From the NCBI RefSeq assembly GCF_052425735.1, contig NC_135759.1, forward strand, positions 32,922,001 to 32,986,000: a stretch of DNA of 64,000 nucleotides. The letters are read 5' to 3'. Below, in pieces: positions 36,901-49,145 of this stretch. Position 1 is the first letter of the stretch. Every line of letters starts with the position of its first letter. The notes under the pieces were generated by a model. It was not told the origin of the DNA and ran no database searches. It saw only the letters and a list, made by a program, of their open reading frames with translations. This DNA is from Oculina patagonica (Eukaryota). A program made the translations under genes and the position numbers.

Positions 36901-37592
36901 GTGAATTTGTTTCCTGTCGATTACAGGGCATCGAAGTTTTTAAGAGAGGTAAATCAGACAAAGAGTGAAACACCTACTCTAGCCCTTGGGTTACGTAATT
37001 TTGCTATTTTCGGAAGTTTGTTCTCCAAGAAGTCCACAAGCACTTATTACGCTTATTAATTAGCGGCTTTCGTGCCTTTACCGTGGGTTTCTTTTTTTTG
37101 CCAAAATTTCGTTGCCATACGTATCATTCTGCAGCGTTTAATGGATCTTCAATGATTTTACACTTAAAATAAATCAAACTTAAACTTGGTGGGCTTCAAT
37201 GAAAAACAACATCCGATATCAAAAAACAATTTCTGTGAAATTTAGTTACATACTTCAGCTGCACTTCTTTGTCACAATATCATCTTTTGAAGAAATCTAC
37301 AAATCGTCTCGAACACACATAAAGACAACTATCATTATCTTTTACCGTCACATGTCGTCCGTATAACGTCGGACTATGTCGGTTATCGGTTAGAATTAAT
37401 TTGTCGCTAATCGGTAATTTTTTCCTCGTTTTGTCGGTAGTCGGTGATATTTTTCGCCCTTTGTCGCTAGTCGGTTAACCCCATTCAGACCCTCTTGGAA
37501 CAGCCACCGTGGCGTTTATCGCGCGAAAAATTTTGGGTAAAAAATCTACCAATTATGAGCTACTAAGAACACCTATAAGACACAAGACATAA
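30985..37592 (+). CDS. Gene B: type-I membrane protein (442 aa if uninterrupted): signal peptide, 2 MANSC-like domains, 3 EGF-like domains, linker, TM helix, YxxL tail. The last exon is interrupted by a transposon in this sequence.
   Basis: Exons 30985-31048, 31658-32047, 32836-33132, 33465-33569 (EGF), 34462-34563 (EGF), 35113-35226 (EGF), 35781-35857, and 36520-36607 plus 37501-37592. Removing the insertion and one TSD copy restores IHQIPSKSAESISALAVAIGCGVAAAIVGTATVAFIARKILGKKSTNYELLRTPIRHKT*. Probable UTR-exon donor at 29407. Confidence 0.88.
31144..31482. mobile_element. Two tandem Tc1/pogo-type MITEs (CAGTCGAACC termini)
   Basis: CAGTCGAACCTCT...AGAGGTTTGACTG|TA (31144-31322) is followed directly by a decayed second copy from 31325. 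A related fragment lies at about 26912-27030. Confidence 0.7.
32404..32738. mobile_element. PIF/Harbinger-type MITE
   Basis: TIRs AGGTCAGGACACACTA / TAGTGTGTCCCGACCT, TAA target duplication, internal TGTCGCAGCGACA repeats. Confidence 0.85.
33196..33397. mobile_element. MITE with GAGGG..CTGAA termini and 6-bp TSD
   Basis: Ends GAGGGGACTGAATGGG / CCACTTCAGTATCCTC; flanks CATGCT and CGTGCT (one mismatch). Confidence 0.65.
36608..37494. mobile_element. 887-bp non-autonomous TIR transposon inserted in the TM exon of gene B
   Basis: Perfect 16-bp TIR GAGGGTCTGAATGGGG / CCCCATTCAGACCCTC, perfect 6-bp TSD TTGGAA (36602-36607, 37495-37500), subterminal TGTCGGT(A/T)GTCGGT repeats, no transposase ORF. 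Confidence 0.93.
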
Positions 37593-40500
37593 CGAATACT
37601 TAGACTTCTTTAAGTGCCGCTTATTTATTTCGAGATAAGAGTCAATATCTCTGGTATTCACAGTAGGCTCGGGCAGATACCATTAATTAAAAAGGCTAAC
37701 AATATACTAAACCGCTAATATTAAATAGCTAGCTAGGTTAGCAATCTATTCTGTATATCATGCTATGATTGCTTTCCTTGAGGAATTGTGTATTATTTAA
37801 AAACGTATATATTTTTATTCATTTTAAACACTAGAGAATTCGAACACTCCAACTGATTGTATTTCCTTTTTGTTGGAAAATGATTAAAAGATAAATCAGT
37901 TCTTGACGATAAAATTTATATTAATTATCTTTGTCAACTACCTTCGTACAGTACGTTTTCCACGGTTGGTATCAGGTAGTTTTCTTCCATTCAGGCTTAA
38001 TATACGATAACTTTTGTAAAAAAAGAGGATAAACAACAGAAAATATTAAATTGTACATCGCGCAACTAATTTGAGATAACTTTCTATTCCCGAGTAGCCT
38101 TTCCGATCCGAAACTAAATAAACCAAATAAAATCGAGCTTCCGTTTGTCAGTTAAATAAAAATTTCAAATAAATAAATCGCATCTCAAAAGAGGATAAAA
38201 CTAGTACGTTTGCCTGAGTTGGTGGTGTGAAGCTGGAGAACGACCATAGTTATATAAACTCACGGGACTTTTATCCATGAAAGCCTTTTTTTAGGTTTCA
38301 AATTGCTTCGACTCGCTTACTGTCCAATTAAACATGCCAAACGTGGTAAAGATAACTTGAACAGAAGAAAAGGCTGGCTTAAAAAATAGTTTCACTGTTG
38401 TGATCACTTCAGACAAGTGTACTGACATAAATAGAGAAATATGCGAACATTAAAGAACTTGTCTGAACATTATAAGGCAAGATTTGAAGCAATGCTTTCC
38501 TGTGATTTTATATGACTTATTTGAAGATAAACAAGTGTAACTGACGCCGATTTACATCTGTTGAAGTTATTAGAAATCCTTAGTTCTCGATTACCTATAA
38601 AATCACACTATTTTCTGCTCTCGTTAGCATACTGGTTGTCATGGAAACGTCTAAAATAAACTTATGTGGTCCCTGATAAAGGTAACAACAACATTTATAA
38701 GTTATTTTCAGCAATGTTTAAAAAAGGAAAGTAGAAAAATGTTTTAACTTCGCATTAAAGGATATCATTTGTCATGTTATGTGCGCAAATGAATAGATTA
38801 TTGACCTGCGGAAAAAAATCATTTAACGATATATCACTTTTTAGGATGCAAAATGATGCAGTTACACTGGCTTATCTTGCTTTATTTCATTTTGCCTTTG
38901 GCAAAATAACTATTAAATTATATATACTGAATTAACTATTGAAAACTAACTATGAGGAAACTATTTGCATCTTATTTTGGCAGATGTGTAGATATGTAAT
39001 TAGATACAGCATGCACGTTTTGTGCAAAACCTAAGAAAAGTAGAGCACAACTTCACCTAAACGGTGTATATGTAAATATGGATGAATTAATGTTAGCTGT
39101 GTAAAATATTTGTTAAATAAAGATTAAAAACAACATAAAACGGTCTTGTCTTGGATTAGGAACTTATTGATGACGTGACGTTTCCATGACAACCGAATCC
39201 CTCCTGTAACATAACAAAAGAGCAAAGGAAATCAGTTTGAATAGCTGACCTTCAACGAACCAATGAATGATTAATTTAAAATGTTTAAAAAAAGACTGAA
39301 AAATTGGAGCATCAAGTAATACGGCCAGTGGGCATTCCTCTTCAAAAGTTAAAAACAGCACGTGACAAATTTTATTGGAAGTACATACAGAGAATCACTC
39401 AAAATTATAGTCTCTTAAATTATTTCTGAACATGCATTTAGAAGTCTCTTTCTGGCATGACCACGAGGACTCCTGCAAATGTCCTTCCCCCCAGCCCCCT
39501 TCCTCCTATTCATGTTGTGGAACTACAAATACATTGTGTGTTTCTGAAAACGAAAAGGGAAGATTTAAATTAGTACAAAATCAAATTATGGCCGCGTACT
39601 TAGTTTACAATTGGGAAGTGGAACGTTTTTTAACTTTACCAACCGCAGAAAACGAGTTAATCATTTGAAATTTGGTGTGCTTTGTGGCGATACTTCCTTT
39701 ATTTCTAGAAATATCAATTATAGTGGTAATGAGTGACAAAATCTTCAATAAGATGATAATTTATGAGTTAAAAAAATATATAGAGAAGATTACGTGGAGC
39801 AGATTGCTCGATAGCACGCTCTGTCATCCAGCAACGTTTTCTAGTACTATACAAACTTTGTTTACTGTTGGACACAAAATTGCAGGTTTTGAGGCTTCCG
39901 AAGACCTTTCGAGTCAATGTTTACAAAACAGTGTGCATAATTCAAAGCTGTGAATCTAATTATGATAATTCGCTTTGTACGAGCGCACGGGAAACAAAGC
40001 TAAGAACAATAACGTGCAATTACTTGCGCGACCTTAATTTTTTGAAAAACGAGGGAGGAACGACGTCATTTGCACGACACCTTAAGCTTATGCTGTTTCT
40101 TATATATACTGTCGTGGCGCTTTTGTGTTAAATATGCAATCTTTGCACGCCAATCTTTCCAGTTTAGACATTTTTATATGTTCCTAATAATTTGTGTGAT
40201 TTTGATTACGTAGAACATCCCGATGGATGGAGATCAATACGATAACGAGGAAGAATCTCGTCTGGCACAAGATGGAAAACTCCTTGTTCGTGTTAGCAGG
40301 AAACCTGAAATCAGCGCTCACTTGCAAGTCCAGTTGTACAAATCAACATTGAAAAGAAAACCAAGCAATACAGGAATATTATTATATCCTCTCTTGATTA
40401 ATTACAACGAAAATAAATTTGCTTATGCGAAAAACAACAAAACAGAACTTTCTAAAAATGAGAGAATTTATCTAAGGTACAAAGATAATTTTTATTTACA

Positions 40501-42467
40501 CATTGTAAGCTCATCTCTTTAGAATTAAGTTACTGGGAAAAAATGATCAGTAGTTATATCAAGGTAGATAACTTATTATGAGTCCGCCTTACTAACAATT
40601 TTTAGCATGTTAGTACATACAACATGGTGACCATACCAAAAAATAATCAAACTTTCGTGTGAATATCGCAATTTTTTCCTACCTTATCAATATTAAATTT
40701 TATTACACTGAAAGAAGACAAAGTTTTTGTTAAAAAAAAACACGCCAATCCAGCAGTCGCAAACTGTAATTATGACAAAGATTAATGTTGATATACTTAT
40801 AATATGCCAAAAATAAACAAAGAAACAGAATAACAAAACAAAAACAAATTTGCAGAATAAGAATAATACGAAATATGATGCATTATCATGTATTGACCAA
40901 GAAGGCTTTACTTAAGCTTATGTTAGTAAACAGTAATCTATTGTAAACCTTTTAAAAAAAACATTTATTTATTTGTTTTTTGTAAATAAATAAATAAATA
41001 AGAATAAATAAATAAATAAAATAAGAAACAAAAATAACAAGATCAATCAAGAAATAGTACTCTAATATTAATTATCTGAGGATGCGTTTCTATACTATTA
41101 TAATAATAGAGAAAATCTGAATTTTCAAAAAAAAATCATTAAAATCTCTTAAAGTGTCTTTAAAAACTACAGATATGATAAATAGAACAGTTTCTAAGAA
41201 GATTTCCGCTGAACTTTTAAAACATTTGCCAATATTTTCAAGATGTGTTGTCCGTGACATAGCTCCTTTAATACAGTTAAGAAACACTTAACGAAACTTG
41301 AGCTCTCAAGCTGACCCCGCGAGTGAAAATGAATTTGAAAATGTCCATATTTTTAAAGCGGACTTTTGACGTCAGTTTAAAATAACTCGCTCTTTAAGCA
41401 TTTTTAGGAAGGTTTGACATTAGCTTTCTCGAGAATGCTTTAGAATTTAATCGCGGGGTCACTAAGAGAAATGAATTACAGTGAGATGTTACCGTGCTAT
41501 GAGAAGATTTTTGGTAATTAATTTTTTGCACTTATTACTCATAATTTCAGCGGAATCCTCTTAATAACTATCTTATGTTTTAATTTATTGTTTTGTAGTT
41601 TTCTTTCTTTGACCTCAGTGAAAGGCGGTCCCTCTCTTTCAAGCAAGTACTTAACGGAATAAATGCGAGTGAGGTTAGTTTAATTTGACGAAAACATGCT
41701 ACCACTTTTAATTATCGTACCTCTTTTTCCCTCCTCCTCTTTTGTTTGAAGATAACCTCCATCTTCCTCTATGTAAACTCATTATTTGTGCATTCGTGTA
41801 CACAATTAATATAAAAATATGGAAAGGATTATGAACTTGAGGGAGTAGAGCATGCAAAATCAGAACTGGCTTTTTTAGAAAAGTATTTCTGTCACAATTC
41901 CTAGCCTTTCATTCAGGCGTTATAAAAACCATAGAAAAATTCGATGTCCACCTATTTCGTCACATAGAAAACCAAAAGACAACGGTGTTAGATTCACAAA
42001 GAGCTTGAGCTGTTAAAAGTCCCCGTGGGGAGAAATCTTATTATTACTACTAAAAAACAGCTTGCTGGCTGAGCTTATTTATATTATTACTTTTTTGGAG
42101 TATTTTTATCATACTATACTTGTTGTAAATTCGATTCATTTTAACGTTGGTATTTATTTGCGAATATACAACTGTCCTTTTAATAACGTAGATAAAAACT
42201 GAATTTTTATTGTAAATAATTAATGTAATGAAAAAAAGAGAACAAGACTTGTGGCAAAGGGAATAATGTTTTGCTTTAAATTTAAATTATTTTACTCATT
42301 TGATGATCTTGTTTTCAGTTAGCATATCGAACGAGTTGATAAGTCCTGATGATTTTCTTTTACATCGAGTCGATGTTTATGTAGTTGTCACCTTTATTAA
42401 AAGCGCCTGCGAAAAAATAATATTTAGAGCTGCTAACGGTATTGCCTTTGGACAAACAATCAATTAA

Positions 42468-42857
42468 AGGGACTGTGTCACGGCTAAGTTAATTTTATGT
42501 TATTAAATTTTGCCAAATATTCGCTATGAAACTAAATATTTGTAAAGAAATTAATTTTATGATTCTAAATGACAAAACCAAGCTTCATTGCAGCCAAATG
42601 TGTCTCCCGGGCGTTATACTTTAAAGTTACAAGCAGGCAAGATTAATTTTGAAAAGTGTTTCGCCGGACCATACTTCAGAAAAACCCATATCGCAATCCG
42701 TTTCAGTCTTCGACACTTTGTCTATCCGTACAGTTTTTGCATTTGGTGTGTTAATTAAATATTCCTTCACTGTTTTAAGAGGTTATTTTATACATTTAAA
42801 CGAATTTAATGGTCATTTCGTGTGCCTAAGTTTGGCTAAAATCCGTGGCCGGTCCCC
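42468..42857 (+). mobile_element. Kolobok-like MITE
   Basis: TTAA|AGGGACTGTGTCACGG ... CCGTGGCCGGTCCCC|TTAA. Confidence 0.8.
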
Positions 42858-44664
42858 TTAATACGAGCGAAAACTTGCACAGCTCCATGGGATTTTAAAA
42901 GAAACTTGTACACATACCCTCGTGAATGTTTTGTAAATAAAATTACAATACAAAACAACAATACCGTAAGGTACAATCTCTGGTTTGAATATAGATAACT
43001 CGATCATCCTTACTCTAAAAAAGTCCTGTTTCCTCATTAATTCACGGGATTTCTTTGGTATCTTCAATATAGCAATCGTTTATTTATTTCGTTTGGACCG
43101 TATCTTCCAGAATGAAGAATCCCCTATGTCCCCTTTAACGTTTCTCTTGCGTAGTGCTTGTAAATAAAGCTCAGATATCCATCATGCCCGCCATCATGCT
43201 TCACTATAACCTTTTCCGCAGCGAATATGTCTCTGGTAAGAGGGATTCTTTATTAAAATCAAGTGAACGTAAAAATCCAAGATAACCTAAGCAAATACAT
43301 TTTTCCTGAAAATGTAAATTATGTTAACTGTGATGCTTTCAAACTTGGCAAATTGTATTTCAACAAGCCGACAAAGCAAGCTACTTGTCATCTGTTACTT
43401 TCAAGCTATTTTGTGCTGTATTTAATAAACCTTTCACTCTGGGTAAAATGATTTTATTTGAGATATAAATAGTGTTTAGCTAAATCCCTTTTCATAATCA
43501 TTTTTTTGTGATTTCCATAAAGAGAAATTACTTTCCCAATATTTGGGTTTAATTGACTCTCGTCAAATTTTAAATATAGCAAATAATTTTCTGTCTCACA
43601 AACAGGAATACAGTTGCCATAATATTTTGAAGCTTATCTAAGTTTACGAATTCAATTTCCTTGATACATTCAACATAAACTAAACTAACAAAGAAACCTT
43701 CACTCTTGTTTGGCCAACTAAAAATTCAAATGCACATTTTAAACATAAACCTAATTTTTCTGCTTTTTCGTATAAAAAGAACGATTTGAGACATCGTGTA
43801 TTTAACTGAAACTGGCATCAGTTTCTAGGTAAACTGTACTGGTACACTGATGTTTAAACATTAAAACTGGTACAGTTGGGAAACCTAATGGAAAAAGTAA
43901 TTTGGACCATATTTTGGCAAATTTTGGCATGTTTGAAGGTTTATCCCAAGGTAAAAACAAAAACAAAAGAGAAAAATAAGGCATTCAAAAGAACTTCAAA
44001 CAAGCTACTTTAGGTGTTTCTTGCTGTGTCATTTTTTTTTTTTGAACTGTGCCAGGTTTAACATGATGCGACGTGTTCTGAAAGATTCATATGTCAGTAG
44101 CATACAAAAAGATAAACATGTATTTTTATGATAACGAAATTGCTTAAATGTAAGCCGCAGGTGTATATTTAAAGATAAAGGACTAAAGAGCAATACAAAT
44201 GTGGGCTTTTTGATAAATATGTCAGTGGTAATTTGAATGTTTCCTGTTTTATTAACAGAAAAGGCCAATTGAGATTGAATGTTGTATTTCGCACTTCTTT
44301 CTAGATTTCATTAAGGACTGTCTGATTCATTTGGCGAGGGATTTTGAAGCTTTTTTCACGATAACTAATTAATATCCTACGGATTATTTGTTACTGAAGG
44401 GTAATCGAATGCAAATTCTGCTAACTGTTTTTATTTATTTCGTATTTAGGCGCAGGTCAAGAGCATTATAGTGGGCGTCTTGTGGTGGACATTACAAAGC
44501 TTCTCGCATGGGCGTTGAAAACTGATGTATTTTTTTCACGGCACGAGATGTAATTCCCCTTTCAATTAACCAACTCATGCAACTTACTTTTCCCTAAAAA
44601 AGTAGACGAAGATTATCCGCTTCACACCTCTTAACTTGTCTGGACAAGAAACACTGCTGCAGAA

Positions 44665-45786
44665 ATGGATCTGACAAACACATCTACAAGGAATTCCTCT
44701 CTTGAGAACTCGACCACTGATCAGATTGTTTGTCCGGCTATTGGCGATGAAACGACATCAAAAGCCATCCAAACAACTGCATACTGTGTCGTTCTTCTCC
44801 TCTCCTTGGTGGGGAATACTCTGATAATACTAGTCGTATACCAAAACCCTCGCATGTGGACGGCGTCCAACTACCTTATCGTCAACATGGCTGCATCGGA
44901 CCTCCTTCTTCCCTTCTTTGCAGTTCCGAGAATGATCGTGGAAGTCCTGGTCGGTAGAGAGCGATGGTTGATCGGAGGTACAGCCGGTTTGACCCTATGT
45001 AAACTTGCCTATTTCTTCCAAGACGTCTCCACTGCAGTCTCTGTTCAGAGCCTTCTTGCCATAACAGCTGAGAGGTTTTACGTGGTGATGTTCCCATTTA
45101 AAGCAACTGCGATGAAGTCCAAGATCAAGTATGTTATTCCCTTGACCTGGCTCATGGCGGTCGGTCTTCATGCTCCGTATCTTCAAGTCTTCAAGCTGTG
45201 TTTGGTCCATGGAAAACTATATTGTTGCCAGAGGTGGTCTGTGTCCCTTCAAAGCAAAATTATATATTTCTTTTTAATTATCAGTTTAGTGTTTGGCGTG
45301 CCGTTAATTACAATTGTGATTTTGTATGCATTTATTGTTTACAAATTGTTTCGCCAAAAGCTTCCACCCGGTGCCCGCAATTCCATCACTCAGAATCAGC
45401 GAGATCAACGGGAGAGACAAAACCGGAACATCCTTAAAATGGCGGTGACGATCGTTGTGATTTTCTTCCTATGTTTTTCGCCACTAGTAATCCTAGCCCT
45501 GCTTTTAACTACCGGCAGCGTTAGCATAGACAAGTGTAAAGCCGAGATATTTCGCATGGTTGCAAAGTTTTTCGGTCAGTCAAATTGCGCCTTGAATGTT
45601 TTTGTTTATTACGCGTTTAATTCACAATTTAGAAGGGGATTTATTTCTAATTTGAAAAGAATGTTTTTCTGTGGTGGAAGAAATAATAATCGCATAAATA
45701 TAAGCGTGAGATATTCCACTTCAAGCCAAAGAATTTCTCTCTTGTCAGAAAAACGGAATAAACGTGGTTGTACTGCAAAGGAATAG
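44665..45786 (+). CDS. Class A (rhodopsin-like) GPCR, neuropeptide (RFamide/tachykinin)-receptor-like
   Basis: 373-aa single-exon CDS with N-terminal N-glycosylation sequons, GN (TM1), NMAASDLL (TM2), TM3 Cys, ERF, TM4 Trp, CFSP (TM6) and NVFVY (TM7). Confidence 0.93.
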   Translation: MDLTNTSTRNSSLENSTTDQIVCPAIGDETTSKAIQTTAYCVVLLLSLVGNTLIILVVYQNPRMWTASNYLIVNMAASDLLLPFFAVPRMIVEVLVGRERWLIGGTAGLTLCKLAYFFQDVSTAVSVQSLLAITAERFYVVMFPFKATAMKSKIKYVIPLTWLMAVGLHAPYLQVFKLCLVHGKLYCCQRWSVSLQSKIIYFFLIISLVFGVPLITIVILYAFIVYKLFRQKLPPGARNSITQNQRDQRERQNRNILKMAVTIVVIFFLCFSPLVILALLLTTGSVSIDKCKAEIFRMVAKFFGQSNCALNVFVYYAFNSQFRRGFISNLKRMFFCGGRNNNRINISVRYSTSSQRISLLSEKRNKRGCTAKE

Positions 45787-46342
45787 ATATCCATAAAAGA
45801 TTAAAAAGAAAACTTTGTTTTTGAAAAGTTATTTAGTTATTTAAGTAATTCATAAGGTTTTTTGTCAGCTTGGCCTATGTAGGTGGGCCTGAGCAATACA
45901 GCAATCACCACTTTAATCTTATTAGATTAGTCTCAGTCGAAAAGGCAGTTATAGCAATAAAATACTAATGCGTTGAAAAAGTAGTGTTGTAGAAGATTCT
46001 AGTCTGTTTTTCATCGTATGTTGTTTCCCGAGTTAAATCATTAGGAGAGCACTAAATTTTCCCCCGCGTTTTTTGATATGTTTTTGGGCATAATTAAGTA
46101 GCTAAAACATTTTCTTTTTAGGCAGTTATCACTGAATCCACAAGGATATACCACAGTGATCAACATGATGATATTCAATATTAACTCCGTCTGTGGTGAG
46201 ATAATTTATCGATAAGAAAATAGTGAAATTATTTTGTTGTATTTATGTTGTACTATAAATGAAAAACCCTGCTAAAGTAGTTTATACTTCAGTCGATTTT
46301 TTCAAAGCCAGCACTGTCAAGTCGATATTGTACATAAAATAA

Positions 46343-46557
46343 CAGTGGGAGCACGAAAACCGTGAACACTTTTATTATACTTGGAAACAAGAAAGTAGAG
46401 AATATAGTCGGTAAATTATTCACAAAAAAACAACCAATTTCCCATCTCTGGCCCATGGCATTTGTATATATTTTGTGCAGTTTAAGCTATCATTCGATGG
46501 TTTTCTGAAAAAAAAAAAATACATATCCAAGTGTTCACGGTTTTCTGATTCACACGG
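46343..46557. mobile_element. Tc1/mariner-type MITE
   Basis: Inverted GAAAACCGTGAACACTT / AAGTGTTCACGGTTTTC near the ends; TA at the right flank. Confidence 0.65.
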
Positions 46558-46653
46558 TAAATTGTAATATGAATTATATATACTGCAGAAATAACGTCAA
46601 TAAGAGTTTTCATTTTAGTTTAATGTCAGTGTTATATACATGTATTATATTAA

Positions 46654-47038
46654 AGGGACTATGTTATAGGGATTACGCAGATTTTTGGTCTAAACTGTTC
46701 TGAAATTAGTGGTAGGCAACTTAACCCTAAATAAACATTATCTTTGAACTTCTAAAGAAATATAAAACCTCAATTTGCGGATATAAATCAAGCTACGACT
46801 ATATATAAATATCGATATTTCGAAGACGCGCGAAAACAACTTGAAAATGTTTGCCAGACTTTTTTAAATTGCAATCAGTTTCCATCCGAGCCTTCCTCAG
46901 CCAAAAATGCTCGTTAACAGTTTTAATGCTCTAATATAGCAATTTTCAATGAAAATAGACTATTATTTCTAGGTTTCCTGCAACACAAATATAATTTTTA
47001 CGGTTCAAAAATCTGGTAAAATCTGTGACATAGTCCTT
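46654..47038. mobile_element. Kolobok-like MITE (second family)
   Basis: TTAA|AGGGACTATGTTA ... TGACATAGTCCTT|TTAA. Confidence 0.7.
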
Positions 47039-49145
47039 TTAAAGCCTTTGCTTAGCGATTAACAGATACAAATTGCATATCCTTGACCAAAATGAATGTC
47101 TCGTCAGTTTTTGCTAGCATTGATAACTTGTGAAGGATAAAGCTAAATGAGAAAACGTATAGAAAAAATAATAAGAAGAAAAAGAAAAGGAAAGAAATTC
47201 GATAATTATCAATGGCGTCGGGCTTAACTTTCTAGGAACTTTGATAATTTAACCATGGACTGATAAACAAAGATAGTATCACGCACAACTTTGTAAAGAT
47301 TGTTAGTACAAAAAAAATGTAATGTAGCAAAAGGAATAAATAATCAACAATTGTCTTGATCGTGTCGATCCTTTTTATAATTACACTACTCGCTAACACT
47401 ACTCGATAATGTACTGACATACACCAATTGTTAATATTCAATTCAAGACCAATATTACCCAGCGAAAATAACTGGCCATACCAAGCTATCAATAATTGAG
47501 ATCTGCAACCAAGATATATTCAATTATGTCAACTGAGGGAGTAAATCCCATGCATTTATCTCTGTTTGCTCATTTTTTAAAAGGTATTTCATGTGTGATT
47601 AAGATTAGGGAAAAAATTAACATCTGGTCCTTATTCACACTGGTAAAGAATACTAAGACTTTGACAGTTAGTCAGTAGTCAACGATAGATACGACCCTTT
47701 AAGCTAGCTCTGGTACCCACTGACTGTTTTTGTTTTATTTCTACTAGTAAACGGAATTGCCAATTACATGTATTCATTTTTCGTGCACTTTTTTATGTAA
47801 CAAAACCAAGCACAATATTAATCGACCTTCTTACGTCTTATACTTAATCCAGACAACAAAATTGCGCGTCAATCAATCCATCAGTTTTGCATTTTAATGA
47901 CGATAGGAATCAAGAAATGTGTTTGCGGTTGATTACCAGACCATCTGTTTACACAACACCTTACACGACCAATCCTACCCTCGTTACTGGTCGTCTGTTA
48001 TTTGATTTCGTTGCGATCGAAGGAGGCGCAGCGATTGCAGTTGCAATTGGCAACTACTGTACGTTTTTAAATTTTCCTTCGGAAAACGTTTGTATGTGTT
48101 TGTATGTTTCTATGGCAATGAAGTTGTTCTTCGACTTAATTTTGGATTTTTTCGGTTTAAGATCAGGTTTCAATGAGATATTTTAGGTTTCTTCGAGCAT
48201 TTTTTTGCAGTATCTGCGTCGAATTTTCAAATTTAAATATTTTTGACATTTTCTAAATAAATATATATATATATATATTTAAAAATTATGTTAAGAAATC
48301 TTACAATTTTTAGATCTAGATGCACTATGCTTCTACAAAATGAATTGTGGGGAGGAACGGCGAAGGGAGGGAGGAGTGTCTAACTACAAAGTTGTAGGTG
48401 CCGGAAAAGTAAGTAAGTAAGCAAACTTTATTAGGCCAGGGTGGTGCATTCAGCGAATGGTGGTATCCAGAGGAGCCCCTGTAAAAAAGTTGTTGGATCA
48501 ACCAATCAAAAAATATTCGGGTACCCTGTGGTTGACTAACATTATTCAATCCAGAAGGAGTACAACGCTCGTTCTTATTGGTCGAAAAATTATCTATTAT
48601 TGTACCGATAAACCTTTAGAAATCCGACAGCAAGAGACAAATATAACTTCCTTCTGCACGCAGTAGGACAATGAATCTTCCATCTGCATTTTAATGTCTT
48701 ATTTTGGTTCACAAGATGATGAAACAGAAGATCTCATTGTTATAAATTATTATTATGTACACAATTCACCGATAATCGACCAATCAAATGGAATTTCTCG
48801 CGCAGACCACAATGGGAGAAAGGAACTTCAGCAAATAAATGAAAACATTCAACTGAAAAAAAGAGCGACAAAGGAACACAATAAACGGTGATTTGTTTTC
48901 CATTGACATTTGAATCAAAATGAAATTGTTTGGCGGTGATCTCTTTTATTGCTTCACTTTATAAACAGTGCCATCTTTATATGACAGAAATATTGTAAAT
49001 TGATTGGAAATAACGTCTGAAGCTGCATTTATATATTTTTGATTAATTGAGAATACAATTTTCAAACACCAGCTGTCCCTAACAGAAGAACACAACACAT
49101 TATTGCTTGTTGCTTCATCAGCTCAAGTTCAGTGCAAAAACTAAT

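Noticed and set aside
36608-37494. The insertion as a self-removing introner (GT at 36612 and AG at 37487-37488 within the TIRs)
   Set aside because: That splice would leave 4+6+6 = 16 extra nt, a frameshift, and the donor context is weak.
40223-40522. 99-aa ORF after a possible acceptor
   Set aside because: No domain, no linked exons and an AT-rich 3' half; at most a UTR exon.
48019-48060. AIAVAIG in ORF 47887-48186 as a fifth TM-family member
   Set aside because: No GC/GV-small continuation, no basic stop-transfer residues, and no acceptor, linker or signal exon nearby.
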